Source: Salinispira sp.
GTDB taxonomy: Bacteria; Spirochaetota; Spirochaetia; DSM-27196; Salinispiraceae
Assembly: GCA_965602015.1 (NCBI GenBank)
Contig: OZ271918.1
Coordinates: 1,440,001 to 1,504,000 of the forward strand
Reading direction: 5' to 3'
DNA length: 64,000 bases
Position numbers and translations under genes: made by a program. Positions 1-10,122 of this stretch are shown piece by piece. The first letter of the stretch is position 1, and every line of letters starts with the position of its first letter. Under the pieces are notes generated by a model that ran no database searches, was not told the DNA's origin, and worked only from the letters and a program-made list of their open reading frames with translations.

Positions 1-671
1 CGATTCTGATAGGAATCTATGGCTTCCTGATATTCCCGTTCTTTTTGCCTGAATTCCTCAATGGTCTTGATGGATTCTTCCTGAGTCCATTGCAGGAGTC
101 TCAGCAACTCCCGCTCCCGTCGGCTCATGCCGATTACGGCAATCCGGTACCTGCTCGCCTCGACCCGGAAACTTGTGGGGAATTCTTCAATTACCGCGTT
201 GAACATTTTCTCCGCATCCTCAAGCTGTCCGAGATTGAACAGGGCTTCTCCTGTCCAGTAATAGGCGTTCGCCACAAACGGGCTGTTGGGATACTCCTCA
301 ATGAAATTCCCAAAAGACTGAATTGAGGATTCCCAGTCAGCGCTCAAGAACAGTATGCGCCCTCTCAGGTACAGCCCCTCTGGGTAGTTTTTGTTGTCGG
401 GAAAATTGGCGAGGAAGAACTCGAGATTTCGCTCGGCATCGCTTACGCGGTCCTGGGCAATCAACACCTTGGCAATCCAGAAATATGCATCTGCCCTAAA
501 TGAGGCAAATTGGGGATCGAGCAGCAGTTGCCTGAACTCCGAAAGGGAGCGGTTGTATCGCCCCGCCTGATACTCCTCAATTGCCGAGGAAAACACCGCT
601 TCGCCGCTTTGCGCCCAGACGGACCCGAGTATGCCGATCATCACTATAAGTATTCCAAGTCGTTTAAACAC
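1..671 (-). CDS. Secreted TPR-repeat protein (CpoB/BamD-like), runs off the left edge
   Basis: Not in ORF track; translated manually from GTG 671 (GAGGG upstream): MFKRLGILIVMIGILGSVWAQ signal peptide, then TPR motifs DAYFWIAK, EYPNSPFVANAYYWTGEALF; open to position 1. Confidence 0.8.
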   Translation of the reverse strand, partial: MFKRLGILIVMIGILGSVWAQSGEAVFSSAIEEYQAGRYNRSLSEFRQLLLDPQFASFRADAYFWIAKVLIAQDRVSDAERNLEFFLANFPDNKNYPEGLYLRGRILFLSADWESSIQSFGNFIEEYPNSPFVANAYYWTGEALFNLGQLEDAEKMFNAVIEEFPTSFRVEASRYRIAVIGMSRRERELLRLLQWTQEESIKTIEEFRQKEREYQEAIDSYQN

Positions 672-716
672 TGCTTATACCCTCTATTATAAAATCGGCA
701 TTTCTCTCTATTTATA

Positions 717-1385
717 TTATACAATTTTCTGGCCGCGCATGGCCGATACAAATCCGGATTTGTCCCGCGCAGAGAAAAAAGCGCTTCCGCTTACCATAGC
801 GTCTGCCCCTGCCTGACGAACCGCTGCGGAGGTCTCCAAATTCACTCCTCCATCCACATTAATCACAAAGTCATAGCCGTTCTCTTCTCGGAGTCGCATG
901 AGTTCCCGTATTTTTTCTATGGCTTCCGGTATGATTTTTTGACCTCCGAATCCCGGGTTGACTGTCATAACCAATACCTGGTCAACATGAGCAAGAATTT
1001 CCGTGCAAAGACTGACGGGAGTTGAAGGGACAAGGGAAATCCCCGGCCGCGCGCCCAGATCCCTGATGCGCTGAACAAGCCGATGGGCGTGAACCACTGC
1101 CTCGATATGAAACACCAGGTAGTCGGCCCCGGCGGAAATAAAGTTCTCAGCGAGCAGCTCCGGTTTCTCAATCATCAGATGCACATCAAAGGGAAGTCTT
1201 GTCAGAGGACGGAGATCCGAAACCATTTTTGGACCAAAGGTGAGGTTCGGTACGAAGTGACCATCCATCACGTCCAAATGCACCCAATCTGCACCTGAAT
1301 CTTCAATTTCCTTCAGAGCGCTTTTTAGGTCGCTGAAGTCGGCGGATAGAATGGACGGGGCGATGCGGACGGCAGGATAGCTCAT
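717..1385 (-). CDS. rpe: Ribulose-phosphate 3-epimerase
   Basis: IAPSILSADF, HLDVMDGHFVPNLTFG, DVHLMI, MTVNPGFGGQ, VDGGVN. Confidence 0.98.
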   Translation of the reverse strand: MSYPAVRIAPSILSADFSDLKSALKEIEDSGADWVHLDVMDGHFVPNLTFGPKMVSDLRPLTRLPFDVHLMIEKPELLAENFISAGADYLVFHIEAVVHAHRLVQRIRDLGARPGISLVPSTPVSLCTEILAHVDQVLVMTVNPGFGGQKIIPEAIEKIRELMRLREENGYDFVINVDGGVNLETSAAVRQAGADAMVSGSAFFSARDKSGFVSAMRGQKIV

Positions 1386-1433
1386 ATACTATATTTACCA
1401 AAAATACTAATTACTGCATAGTAAGGTTACGGC

Positions 1434-2372
1434 ATGTTACGCAAACGACGGGAGTTCCACACAGATATCGAACAGCTCATCTCCGAATCGGCTTCATATA
1501 TCGCTGAGGGTCGGCTGAAAGACGCGTATGAGTGTCTGGACAGAGCCCTCGGCCTCGATTTCGATCATCATGCAGTGCTTGCGGGGTTAAAATATATCAA
1601 TTTTTGGCAGAGCAGAATTCAGTCGGCGATAAACCGGGTTGAACGGATGGATCAGGCTGAGGCTTTGCTTCATCACTGGAAGGAATTTACGGGTTTTATG
1701 CAGGGATTCCCGGTGAGCGATATGCTGGTGCAGAGCTTCCGAAGTTTGATTTTCAGCAGAGTTCATGAGCTCTTTTCCGGTCTCGAACATGGAGAAAGTG
1801 ATCCGGATATCCTTTTGTGGCTGGGCATTGCAAGCAAGGGAATGGGGAACTACGAGCAGGCCCAAAAATACCTTGAAGATGCCATGCGTCTGGGGCAGCC
1901 CCGAGCCCGGTTGCTCGCCGAATTAGCCGATATATTCGCGCTCATCGGCGAGGAGCAAAAAGCTCGGGTAATGTTTCGGGAGGCCTTTTTTCAGAACCCT
2001 CAGGATGTGGATATTGAGGGGTTCGAGGCGGAGCTTTTTGTCCGGCTTTGTGATGAAGTATGGGCTCTGGGAATGAGCTCTGATGAAAGCCGGGAGTGGA
2101 TACCGGTTTATGGGACCCTCTGGGGAGTCCTCACCATAAAACGGGAACTGAGGGCTTTGGAATACGGGAAGCTCCGGCAGAAAATTTTTTCTCTCGAGCA
2201 GGAAGTAAAAGACGAGGAGCGCAGACCCGTACTGCTTCCCCGGCTTCTAAACCAGTATTTTTGGCTTATTGATCACCTGGTGATGAATCGGGAGGATCAG
2301 CGAAAAATTGACGAAATCCTGCTGAAAATCCGCAGCCTCTCTCCTGAAGTTTACAAGCGGTATACAAACTAA
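1434..2372 (+). CDS. Conserved hypothetical TPR-containing protein upstream of greA
   Basis: 312-aa helical ORF with TPR-like segments (LLWLGIASKGMGNYEQAQKYLEDA). Confidence 0.7.
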   Translation: MLRKRREFHTDIEQLISESASYIAEGRLKDAYECLDRALGLDFDHHAVLAGLKYINFWQSRIQSAINRVERMDQAEALLHHWKEFTGFMQGFPVSDMLVQSFRSLIFSRVHELFSGLEHGESDPDILLWLGIASKGMGNYEQAQKYLEDAMRLGQPRARLLAELADIFALIGEEQKARVMFREAFFQNPQDVDIEGFEAELFVRLCDEVWALGMSSDESREWIPVYGTLWGVLTIKRELRALEYGKLRQKIFSLEQEVKDEERRPVLLPRLLNQYFWLIDHLVMNREDQRKIDEILLKIRSLSPEVYKRYTN

Positions 2373-2486
2373 TCACTGTCCGATATAATGAACAGCAATA
2401 TCTCATGCGAAATTCACCATAAACGCACGATGTACAATGGTAACGCAATCACCTCATTGCTGGTTGTAATCAGGAGCTCATAGCCA

Positions 2487-5228
2487 ATGTCTGAAAAGAT
2501 TCTCAACAAAATTACTGAACAGCTTAACGAAGAAAAATGGACCCGGGCGGCCCTTTCCAATTACACGGTAAATAATTACGTGGAACTCGACAATTTGCTC
2601 GAAGAAGTTTTCGATGCTGATCTTGAAGATGAAGTCATGGAGCTCTGTGAAGAGCACCTCGGCCATTCAAAAAACAGCATTATTGCCCTGTACCTTTCGG
2701 GCATTATCAGCCTCAACCGTCAGTCCATCGACGATTCGAATTTACTGCTGCTTATAAATATCTTTACGGAAAATCACCGCTGGAACATCGTCAAACATCT
2801 CAGCAACCGTATTCTTGATTTTGGTGAAAACCGCCATGCCCTTCGCACTTTGGCAGACTGTTACGAGAACGAGGGCGCGGAAGAAAAACTGTATGAGACC
2901 TGGGAACGGCTTATCCGGGTCGATTACGAAGAGGCGGATATTGTTCGGAAATTGGCCGAGCATCACGAAGCCAATGGTCAGCAGGATTCGGCGGTCAGTC
3001 ATTACAAAAAAGCCCTCTACCGCTACATCAACCGTAAGCTCTTTAACCAGCTGCATGAGATCTGGGGCCGGCTGATAGCCCTGGTACCCGAAGAGACGGA
3101 ATTTTTCTACCACGCCGAAGGCCGGGTCGCCAAACTGCTCAATGAAGACCGGTCAGTACAGCTCCTTGAAGAGCTGTATCCCCACTTCCGCGAAAACAAG
3201 AAGTGGAACACGGCAATAGAAATCCTCAAGCGGATTCTCAGTTACGACGCAAAGAATCCCTGGGCCCGGAAGGAAATTACCGATTGTTTTCGGGAAAAAC
3301 ACAATGGGCATAGCCAGCTGGAGGAGTACATCAAGCTCTCCAACCTCGGCCAGAATTGGCGAAATGTACATGATGCCATTGAGGACTTCGAAAAGCACAT
3401 TGCATTCGACTCGGGCAACTTTGTGTATCATCGCAGCTGGGGCGTCGGTCGAATCAAAGCCATCAAGGGCGATGACATAGTCATAAATTTCATGAAAAAA
3501 CAGAATCACGTCATGTCGCTGAAGATGGCGGTGAGCAGCCTCAAGATCCTCGGAAAAGATCACATCTGGGTATATCGGATTACCAAAAAGAAAGAGGCGC
3601 TCAATAAAAAGGTAAAGAAGGATCCCCTGTGGGCTTTGAAGGTAATCATCAAGAGCTTTGACAACGCCGCAGACATGAAGAAGATTAAGGCCGAACTGGT
3701 CCCGGGAATACTCAGCGCAAGCGAGTGGACGAGCTGGAGTTCCAAGGCCCGGGACATGCTAAAAACCGACGAGTCATTCGGCAATTTGCCGGATAATCCC
3801 GATACCTATGTCGTTCGGGATCAGCCCATCAGCCTTGAAGAGAAGACCTATAACCGATTCAAGGCTGAGAAAAACTTCTTCGATCGGGTAAAAATACTCC
3901 AGGAATTTTTGGCATACGTCGAAGAGGAAGACGACACTTCGTCTATCGAAAGCGACCTGTTCCGCGATATGTTTGATTACTTCGTTTCCTACGTGCGAAA
4001 CCCCGGAACGTATAATGAGTTCACCATCTCATCTCTACTGATAGTTCGGCAGATTATCGAGAGTTTTTCCTTTTTGAATCCCGGAGTAAATCTCGGTTTC
4101 AGGGATTATTTTGCTCATCTCGAATCCTTTGAAGAAACCTTCAAAAGCGTAGAAAACAATGAACTGCGAAAGACCTTTCTCAACTCAGTGCGAAAACAGA
4201 TTAAAAACTGGCCCGATATCTTTATAACGATCCTTCCCTATCATCTGCAGAAAGAAGTTATCAGAGATCTGATTGCCGAAGGTTATCAGGATCTTGTGGT
4301 CGGGAAATTTCAGGAACTCTACGATTCCTACCGGGATAATCGGGAGCCATATATTTGGTTCGTGAGAAACTGTTGGGAGGACCAGTGGTTCTCCGAAACC
4401 GGTTTCCCCCGGGAAAAACTCCTGATTTCAATGGTTCACCTATTGGATCTCACCGCCAGGGACATCGATAACAAACGCGATGTGAGCCTGAACCGCAAAC
4501 TCACCAAGCAGGTGCATAATTTTCTCATCAAGGATGAGGAAATCTTCAACTACATCGGCCAGAGTGATGAAGACGGCATCCATCGAATTTACTCTTTGCT
4601 CGAAGACGTGAAAGATCTTGATCCGGGCATAATGGCAACGATTCGAAAGGCAATCGCCGCCCGCTTCCCCCGCTTTGAGTTCTACGGCAAAAGCGGCGGT
4701 GTTCTGGAGACGGTTTCCCGTAGCGGCTTCTTTGCAATGATGAAAAGCTATGAGGACCGGCAAAAGGCGCTTAAAAATCTTCACGAAGTCGAAGTGCCCA
4801 AGAACTCCAAAGAAATCGCAGCTGCCCGGGAGTACGGTGACCTCAAGGAGAATGCCGAGTACAAGGCCGCAAAAGAACGGCAGGATATTCTCAATACGAC
4901 GGCGAGAAAGTGGGAAGCAGATCTGCAAAGCGCTCAGGTAGTGAACCAGAAAGATGTTAAGGGAGACCGCGTTGCCTTCGGCACCGTGGTGACTCTGAAA
5001 AATACCGGAAACGGGAAAAACGAGACGTTTACCATCATGGGCCCATGGGAGTCGAATCCCGACAAGGGCGTCCTGAGTCATTTGTCCCCGTTTGCCGTGA
5101 AGCTATTGGGTGCAAAACCCGGCGACTCACTGAACTTCAGCATCAATCAGCGGGAATACAATTATAGCGTTGAGTCGGTTGAAGTTGCGGATTTTTCCGC
5201 CATTGAAGTCACGGCGGTAAGCGTGTAA
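2487..5228 (+). CDS. greA: Transcription elongation factor GreA, long spirochaetal form
   Basis: C-terminal Gre domain (AREYGDLKENAEYKAAKERQ, VAFGTVVTL, LSHLSPFAVKLLG) on a ~740-aa N-terminal extension; AGGAG upstream. Confidence 0.95.
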   Translation: MSEKILNKITEQLNEEKWTRAALSNYTVNNYVELDNLLEEVFDADLEDEVMELCEEHLGHSKNSIIALYLSGIISLNRQSIDDSNLLLLINIFTENHRWNIVKHLSNRILDFGENRHALRTLADCYENEGAEEKLYETWERLIRVDYEEADIVRKLAEHHEANGQQDSAVSHYKKALYRYINRKLFNQLHEIWGRLIALVPEETEFFYHAEGRVAKLLNEDRSVQLLEELYPHFRENKKWNTAIEILKRILSYDAKNPWARKEITDCFREKHNGHSQLEEYIKLSNLGQNWRNVHDAIEDFEKHIAFDSGNFVYHRSWGVGRIKAIKGDDIVINFMKKQNHVMSLKMAVSSLKILGKDHIWVYRITKKKEALNKKVKKDPLWALKVIIKSFDNAADMKKIKAELVPGILSASEWTSWSSKARDMLKTDESFGNLPDNPDTYVVRDQPISLEEKTYNRFKAEKNFFDRVKILQEFLAYVEEEDDTSSIESDLFRDMFDYFVSYVRNPGTYNEFTISSLLIVRQIIESFSFLNPGVNLGFRDYFAHLESFEETFKSVENNELRKTFLNSVRKQIKNWPDIFITILPYHLQKEVIRDLIAEGYQDLVVGKFQELYDSYRDNREPYIWFVRNCWEDQWFSETGFPREKLLISMVHLLDLTARDIDNKRDVSLNRKLTKQVHNFLIKDEEIFNYIGQSDEDGIHRIYSLLEDVKDLDPGIMATIRKAIAARFPRFEFYGKSGGVLETVSRSGFFAMMKSYEDRQKALKNLHEVEVPKNSKEIAAAREYGDLKENAEYKAAKERQDILNTTARKWEADLQSAQVVNQKDVKGDRVAFGTVVTLKNTGNGKNETFTIMGPWESNPDKGVLSHLSPFAVKLLGAKPGDSLNFSINQREYNYSVESVEVADFSAIEVTAVSV

Positions 5229-5249
5229 GACGGGGTTACGCGTTGACGT

Positions 5250-5292
5250 AAAAAAGGGGCTGTCCACAATACTGTGACAGCCCCCTTTTTTT
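5250..5292. terminator. Bidirectional intrinsic terminator between convergent greA and typA
   Basis: A6-GGGGCTGTC-loop-GACAGCCCC(C)-T7. Confidence 0.9.
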
Positions 5293-5316
5293 ATCCTGAT
5301 ACTATGGCAAACCGCT

Positions 5317-7149
5317 TCAGGACCATTTATTCCGCTTCGCCGCGATGCGCCGCTCACCTGCTGATAGCTGCGCCTTCCTCAAACGAAGAGATTTCGGGGT
5401 CACTTCGAGTAGCTCATCGGCATCGAGATAGTTGAGGCACTGTTCGAGGGTAAGCGGCACCACCGGGGTGAGGACCACATTCTCGTCTCTTCCCGATGCC
5501 CTGACATTGGTCAGTTTCTTTTCCTTGGCGGGATTTACGTCGAGATCCCCCTCCCTGTTGTGCTCACCGATTATCATCCCTTCATAAATCCGGGTTTTGG
5601 GAACGATATGCAGCCTGCCCCGGGGTTCCAGATTGTACAGGGCGTAGGGAACCGCCTCGCCCGTCCTGTCCGATACCAGGCTTCCGTTGCGCCGGCCGGG
5701 GATATCTCCCCGGTATTCGAAGTACCCTTCGAGACTGGAGTTCATAATGCCCGTGCCCTTGGTGTCGGTCAGGAATTCATCGCGGTACCCGATAAGCGCC
5801 CGGCTCGGAGCGGAAAACTCAACCCTGACCCGACCGCTGCCGTGATTTGACATGTTAATCATCCGGCATTTCTTCCTCGAGAGTTTTTCGGTGACCGCAC
5901 CGAGAAACTCTTCCTGGCAATCGATAAAAAGATGTTCAATGGGCTCGGTTTTCCGCCCCTTGTCATCAATGCGGAATATTACCTCGGGTCTTCCCACGCA
6001 AAACTCAAATCCTTCCCGTCGCATGGTTTCAATAAGGATTGCAAGCTGGAATTCACCCCGGCCTTTTACGATGAAGCCTTCCTTGTCCTCGGTTTCTTCT
6101 ACCTGGAGGGAGACATTCCTCAAGGCTTCCTTATGAAGTCGTTCGCCGATCTTTGTCGGCTGGACGAGTTTGCCCTCTTGGCCAGAAAACGGACCGGTGT
6201 TTTTGAGAAAGCGCATGCTCACCGTCGGTTCATCGACGCTGATTCGCGGCAGGGCCAGGGGCTCGTCTTTGCGGCAAATGGTATCGCCGATGCGCACTTC
6301 CTCGATTCCCGAAATAACAACAATTTCACCGGGTTCGGCGGTCTCTAAATCGGCCATACCGACGCCCTGATACACTTGCAGGCGATTGACCCTCAAGGGC
6401 CTGGGTTTTCCGTCGCTTCCCAGGCATACCAGGGACTCCCCGGCTTTCATGCTGCCGTTTTGAATTTTTCCCACGCAAAGCCGCCCGAGAAACTCATCGT
6501 AACTCAGGTCTGAGACCAGCATCTGCAGTGGCTTTTCTTCGTCGTAACGCGGCCCGGGAAAACTGTCCACGATTTCATTGAGAAGGAGCTCGAGTCCTCC
6601 GTCCGGGTCGTCCAGCTTCCGTTTGGCGATGCCGTCGCGGCCGACAGCGTAAAACACTGGAAAATCAAGCTGATCTTCATGGGCATCCAGATCGATCAAC
6701 AAGCTGTAAATTTCGTCGAGAACTTCTTCGGGCCGGGCATCCTGCCGGTCAATTTTGTTGATAACCGTAATAAGGGGAAGACCCATATCGAGGGCTTTCT
6801 TTAACACAAATCGGGTCTGGGGCAATGGTCCTTCGGAAGCGTCGACCAGCAGCACCGCACCATTCACCATGCTTAATGCCCGCTCAACCTCACCGCCGAA
6901 ATCCGCGTGTCCCGGGGTATCGAGGATGTTAATTTTTACAGTGTTCCAGTTCACTGCGCAGTTCTTTGCCGAAATGGTTATTCCCCGTTCCCGCTCTAGA
7001 TCCATGCTGTCCATGATCCGATCCTGCTGAACCTGATTGCTGCGGAAAACGCCGGCGCTTTTGAAGAGCGCGTCTACCAGCGTGGTCTTTCCGTGATCAA
7101 CGTGGGCGATGATTGCCACGTTCCGTATTTGAGCATTAATTCCCGTCAT
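5317..7149 (-). CDS. typA: Translational GTPase TypA/BipA
   Basis: [70 protein letters not shown]. Confidence 0.97.
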   Translation of the reverse strand: MTGINAQIRNVAIIAHVDHGKTTLVDALFKSAGVFRSNQVQQDRIMDSMDLERERGITISAKNCAVNWNTVKINILDTPGHADFGGEVERALSMVNGAVLLVDASEGPLPQTRFVLKKALDMGLPLITVINKIDRQDARPEEVLDEIYSLLIDLDAHEDQLDFPVFYAVGRDGIAKRKLDDPDGGLELLLNEIVDSFPGPRYDEEKPLQMLVSDLSYDEFLGRLCVGKIQNGSMKAGESLVCLGSDGKPRPLRVNRLQVYQGVGMADLETAEPGEIVVISGIEEVRIGDTICRKDEPLALPRISVDEPTVSMRFLKNTGPFSGQEGKLVQPTKIGERLHKEALRNVSLQVEETEDKEGFIVKGRGEFQLAILIETMRREGFEFCVGRPEVIFRIDDKGRKTEPIEHLFIDCQEEFLGAVTEKLSRKKCRMINMSNHGSGRVRVEFSAPSRALIGYRDEFLTDTKGTGIMNSSLEGYFEYRGDIPGRRNGSLVSDRTGEAVPYALYNLEPRGRLHIVPKTRIYEGMIIGEHNREGDLDVNPAKEKKLTNVRASGRDENVVLTPVVPLTLEQCLNYLDADELLEVTPKSLRLRKAQLSAGERRIAAKRNKWS

Positions 7150-7161
7150 GTTAGTCCCCGT

Positions 7162-8544
7162 TTAGAGTTGCTCCATTGATGTCTGGGCATTTGATTTCAG
7201 CGCCGGATGGCTGTCCTCATTTTCTATAATGGTTTCCAGGTCGGTCCTGTAGGCCGTTAGGCCGTTGCGGCCGATGCCCCGTACGCCATAAATCTGAATT
7301 ATGTAATTTTCGTGATTGAGCATTCTCAGATACAACTGTTCAGCAGAGGGTAATTCTCGAATGCTCAGCTCCTTGCAGATGGTGTCCAGCAAGCGGGAGT
7401 TCTCTTCTTCCCATTCTTCCACCATCACCCGCTCGATAGCCTGTCTGGATGCCTCAAAGTCGCCTTCGATGAGTTCAAGGGCGATTGTTTGCCGGAACGG
7501 CAGGCCAATGTCGCTGTTTTCCATACTCTCCCTGAGAAACTGCCAGGCGTCTTCTTTGTTCAGGGCGGCGAGGGATCGAAGGGCTTGGATTTTGATGTTG
7601 TTTTCCGGATCCTGGCGGGCCATAAAACGAAGGGGTTCGAATGCCTCTTCAAAGGGGTTTTCCGAAATCCCCCGCAAAGCGTTGAGGCGTATCCTCCAGA
7701 ACGAGTCCCGAAGGGCTTCCAGGTAGAGCTCTTTAACTTGATTGATGGGAAAGTTGGTCAATGAGCCAACCGCCGCGCTGCGAATGAGAGGATCGCCGGA
7801 GGAGAACGCCTCGCCGATGACATTCATGGCCCGCCGGTTTCCGTAGTTACCCGCTGCTTCGATTGCCGCGATCCGCTGGGTCTTATCGATGTTCTCATCC
7901 CCGGCGAGGTCGAAAATCAGGTCTTCGCTTGACGGATCCTTGATGCGTCCCAGGGCCCGCAGGATGGTTTCCCTCACCGGCTGATCGGTATCGCTGTCCT
8001 CGTAGAGCTCCGCAAGAAATTCCGCCGCCGGGGCATATTCCCGTTCCCCCAGGAACCTCACCGCCGCTGAGCGAACGTCCCGATCTTCTTCCTCAATAAT
8101 TTCTCTCAAGAGCTGCCAGAGCCCGCGATCAATTTGATGCTCGCGCCGTTGAAGGTGCTGAATCAATCTGATTAAAAAACCCCGGTCCAGGTCCTGGTAA
8201 AATTCCAGTTCATCGAGCACCGTATCGATGGCAGTATCGAGTTCCAGGGCTTCAAAAAAATCAAGGGCCTTAATCCTCAAGCTCTCCCGCCTGCTCGAGA
8301 GCAGGGTGAGAACAACATCGGAGAAGTGATCGTCCTTTCGCTCTATCATTTCGTCAATGGTGGTTATAACGGTAGCATCTATGCCGTATTTTAGACTCTC
8401 TTCCCAGGTTTCATAGATGCTCACACCCTGTTCTGTATCGTCTTCCGCAGTGGCTTCGGAATCCTGGCCCCACAACGGGGTTGTTAGTAAAAACATGATA
8501 AAAAGAAGTATGGACAATAGGGATTTCATGCGCGTAACTCTCAT
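7162..8544 (-). CDS. Exported HEAT-repeat protein
   Basis: Signal peptide (MKSLLSILLFIMFLL...WGQ) then HEAT repeats (VRSAAVRFLGE, IRSAAVGSL, WRIRLNALRGI); true start may be the second Met. Confidence 0.8.
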   Translation of the reverse strand: MRVTRMKSLLSILLFIMFLLTTPLWGQDSEATAEDDTEQGVSIYETWEESLKYGIDATVITTIDEMIERKDDHFSDVVLTLLSSRRESLRIKALDFFEALELDTAIDTVLDELEFYQDLDRGFLIRLIQHLQRREHQIDRGLWQLLREIIEEEDRDVRSAAVRFLGEREYAPAAEFLAELYEDSDTDQPVRETILRALGRIKDPSSEDLIFDLAGDENIDKTQRIAAIEAAGNYGNRRAMNVIGEAFSSGDPLIRSAAVGSLTNFPINQVKELYLEALRDSFWRIRLNALRGISENPFEEAFEPLRFMARQDPENNIKIQALRSLAALNKEDAWQFLRESMENSDIGLPFRQTIALELIEGDFEASRQAIERVMVEEWEEENSRLLDTICKELSIRELPSAEQLYLRMLNHENYIIQIYGVRGIGRNGLTAYRTDLETIIENEDSHPALKSNAQTSMEQL

Positions 8545-8565
8545 ATGCCTACAATCGTTGTAATT

Positions 8566-10122
8566 TCATCGTTTCTTTAGGAGTAAGTATACCCCATCCA
8601 GTTTTAATAGCAGGGCCATTGCGAGGATGCTTCCGATAGCCGGTACAGATACCGCCAAAAATCGCCCGAGGTTTACCAGCGATGAGCCGTCCACCCAGTA
8701 ATCACCAAAAATACGACGCCCTATGAGAATTACGATGACGCCGGGTACCAGTGCAATTATGACTTTCGAAAAATTCACAAGCACCGAGCGAACGCGGATC
8801 TGCGGGAATCGGCGGGCGGCATTTATCATCAGCCAGCTGCTTGCCAGAATGTAGCTCAGGCTGTTTGCCAAAGCCAGGCCACTCACCCGTAGAACGGTTT
8901 CCTTCAACCACAAGGACAGGGCAATGTCCACCACGGTGATAATAATCGCGTTATACACCGGAAGACGGATATCGCCGTCGGAGTAACACAGGCGCTGAAG
9001 AAAATTGTTAATTCCGACAAAAACTAAGCCGGGGCTGTACCAGAACAATACCTGGGCCGCCAGTCGTGTGTGCACTGCAAGGTATTCACCCCGCTGAAGG
9101 GCGGTGGATATTAGCTCGGGGCCCATCATCATGAGCCCCAAACTTGCCGGCACCAAAAATGTAACTATCGAGCCCAAACCGAACTCTACGGTCCTCGCCG
9201 CGGCGTCCCGGTTTCCAGACGCTATTTGCTTACTCATGCGCGGATACAGAACCGTAACGATGGATGCGGAGAATATGCCGTAGGGCAGCTGCCAAAAAAC
9301 AATTGCATTTTGCATGGCCGTACCGCTGCCCACTTCCATTCCGCTGGCAAAACGGGATGCGATAATCTGGTTAATGGCGAAAACCCCGCTGGTAGCCAGC
9401 ACTGGAATCCAATTCCGCATTATCGCCCTGAATTCACTATGGGAAAAATCAAAGCTCATGGTAAGCCGGTAACCCAGGGAGAGAAACTTGGGCAACTGAA
9501 AGGCAACCTGAGCAAAGCCGCCCACCAGCACACCCAGGGCCATGGAAAAAATTCCCAGTTGACGGTGAAAAAGCAACAGGCTTGATATTACTGATACGCT
9601 GAACATAAGGGGGGTCAAACCGGGAATGACGAACTCATCATTACTATTGAGAGTTCCCATCATTACCGCTGATATGGAGATCAAGAGAATATAGTGCACC
9701 ATATAGCGGAACAGTTCAGCGGCCCGCAGGCGGCTTTCAGCGTCGTCAAAATCGAGGACAAGCCGGATGACCGCCTCGGGGAACAGGGCTGAAAGAATCA
9801 GAATCGGCGTCAGGACCAAAAACTGGAGGCCGATGAGGCTGCTGACTATTCTCCGCGACTGGCTTCTCCCTGGATCAGCAATAAGATTGCGTGACAAAAC
9901 CGGTACAAAGGCCGTTGACAGGGCGCCTTCGGCAAGGAGCTTTCGCAGATTGTTGGGGATGTTGAAGACAAAGTTTATGATGTCCGCATCGCGCGATCCG
10001 CCAAAAATAGCGGACACTATTCCGATTCGGACAAAACCCAGTAATCGGGAACCAAAGGTCGAGAGCATTACCAGGGCCGTCGAGCGGGCGGAGGATCGGA
10101 GATTTTTATCGGAGCTGCTCAA
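8566..10122 (-). CDS. murJ: Lipid II flippase MurJ (MviN)
   Basis: SRLLGFVR, FNIPNNLRKLLAEGALSTAFVPV, many TM helices; TTG start overlaps tgt stop. Confidence 0.95.
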   Translation of the reverse strand: MSSSDKNLRSSARSTALVMLSTFGSRLLGFVRIGIVSAIFGGSRDADIINFVFNIPNNLRKLLAEGALSTAFVPVLSRNLIADPGRSQSRRIVSSLIGLQFLVLTPILILSALFPEAVIRLVLDFDDAESRLRAAELFRYMVHYILLISISAVMMGTLNSNDEFVIPGLTPLMFSVSVISSLLLFHRQLGIFSMALGVLVGGFAQVAFQLPKFLSLGYRLTMSFDFSHSEFRAIMRNWIPVLATSGVFAINQIIASRFASGMEVGSGTAMQNAIVFWQLPYGIFSASIVTVLYPRMSKQIASGNRDAAARTVEFGLGSIVTFLVPASLGLMMMGPELISTALQRGEYLAVHTRLAAQVLFWYSPGLVFVGINNFLQRLCYSDGDIRLPVYNAIIITVVDIALSLWLKETVLRVSGLALANSLSYILASSWLMINAARRFPQIRVRSVLVNFSKVIIALVPGVIVILIGRRIFGDYWVDGSSLVNLGRFLAVSVPAIGSILAMALLLKLDGVYLLLKKR

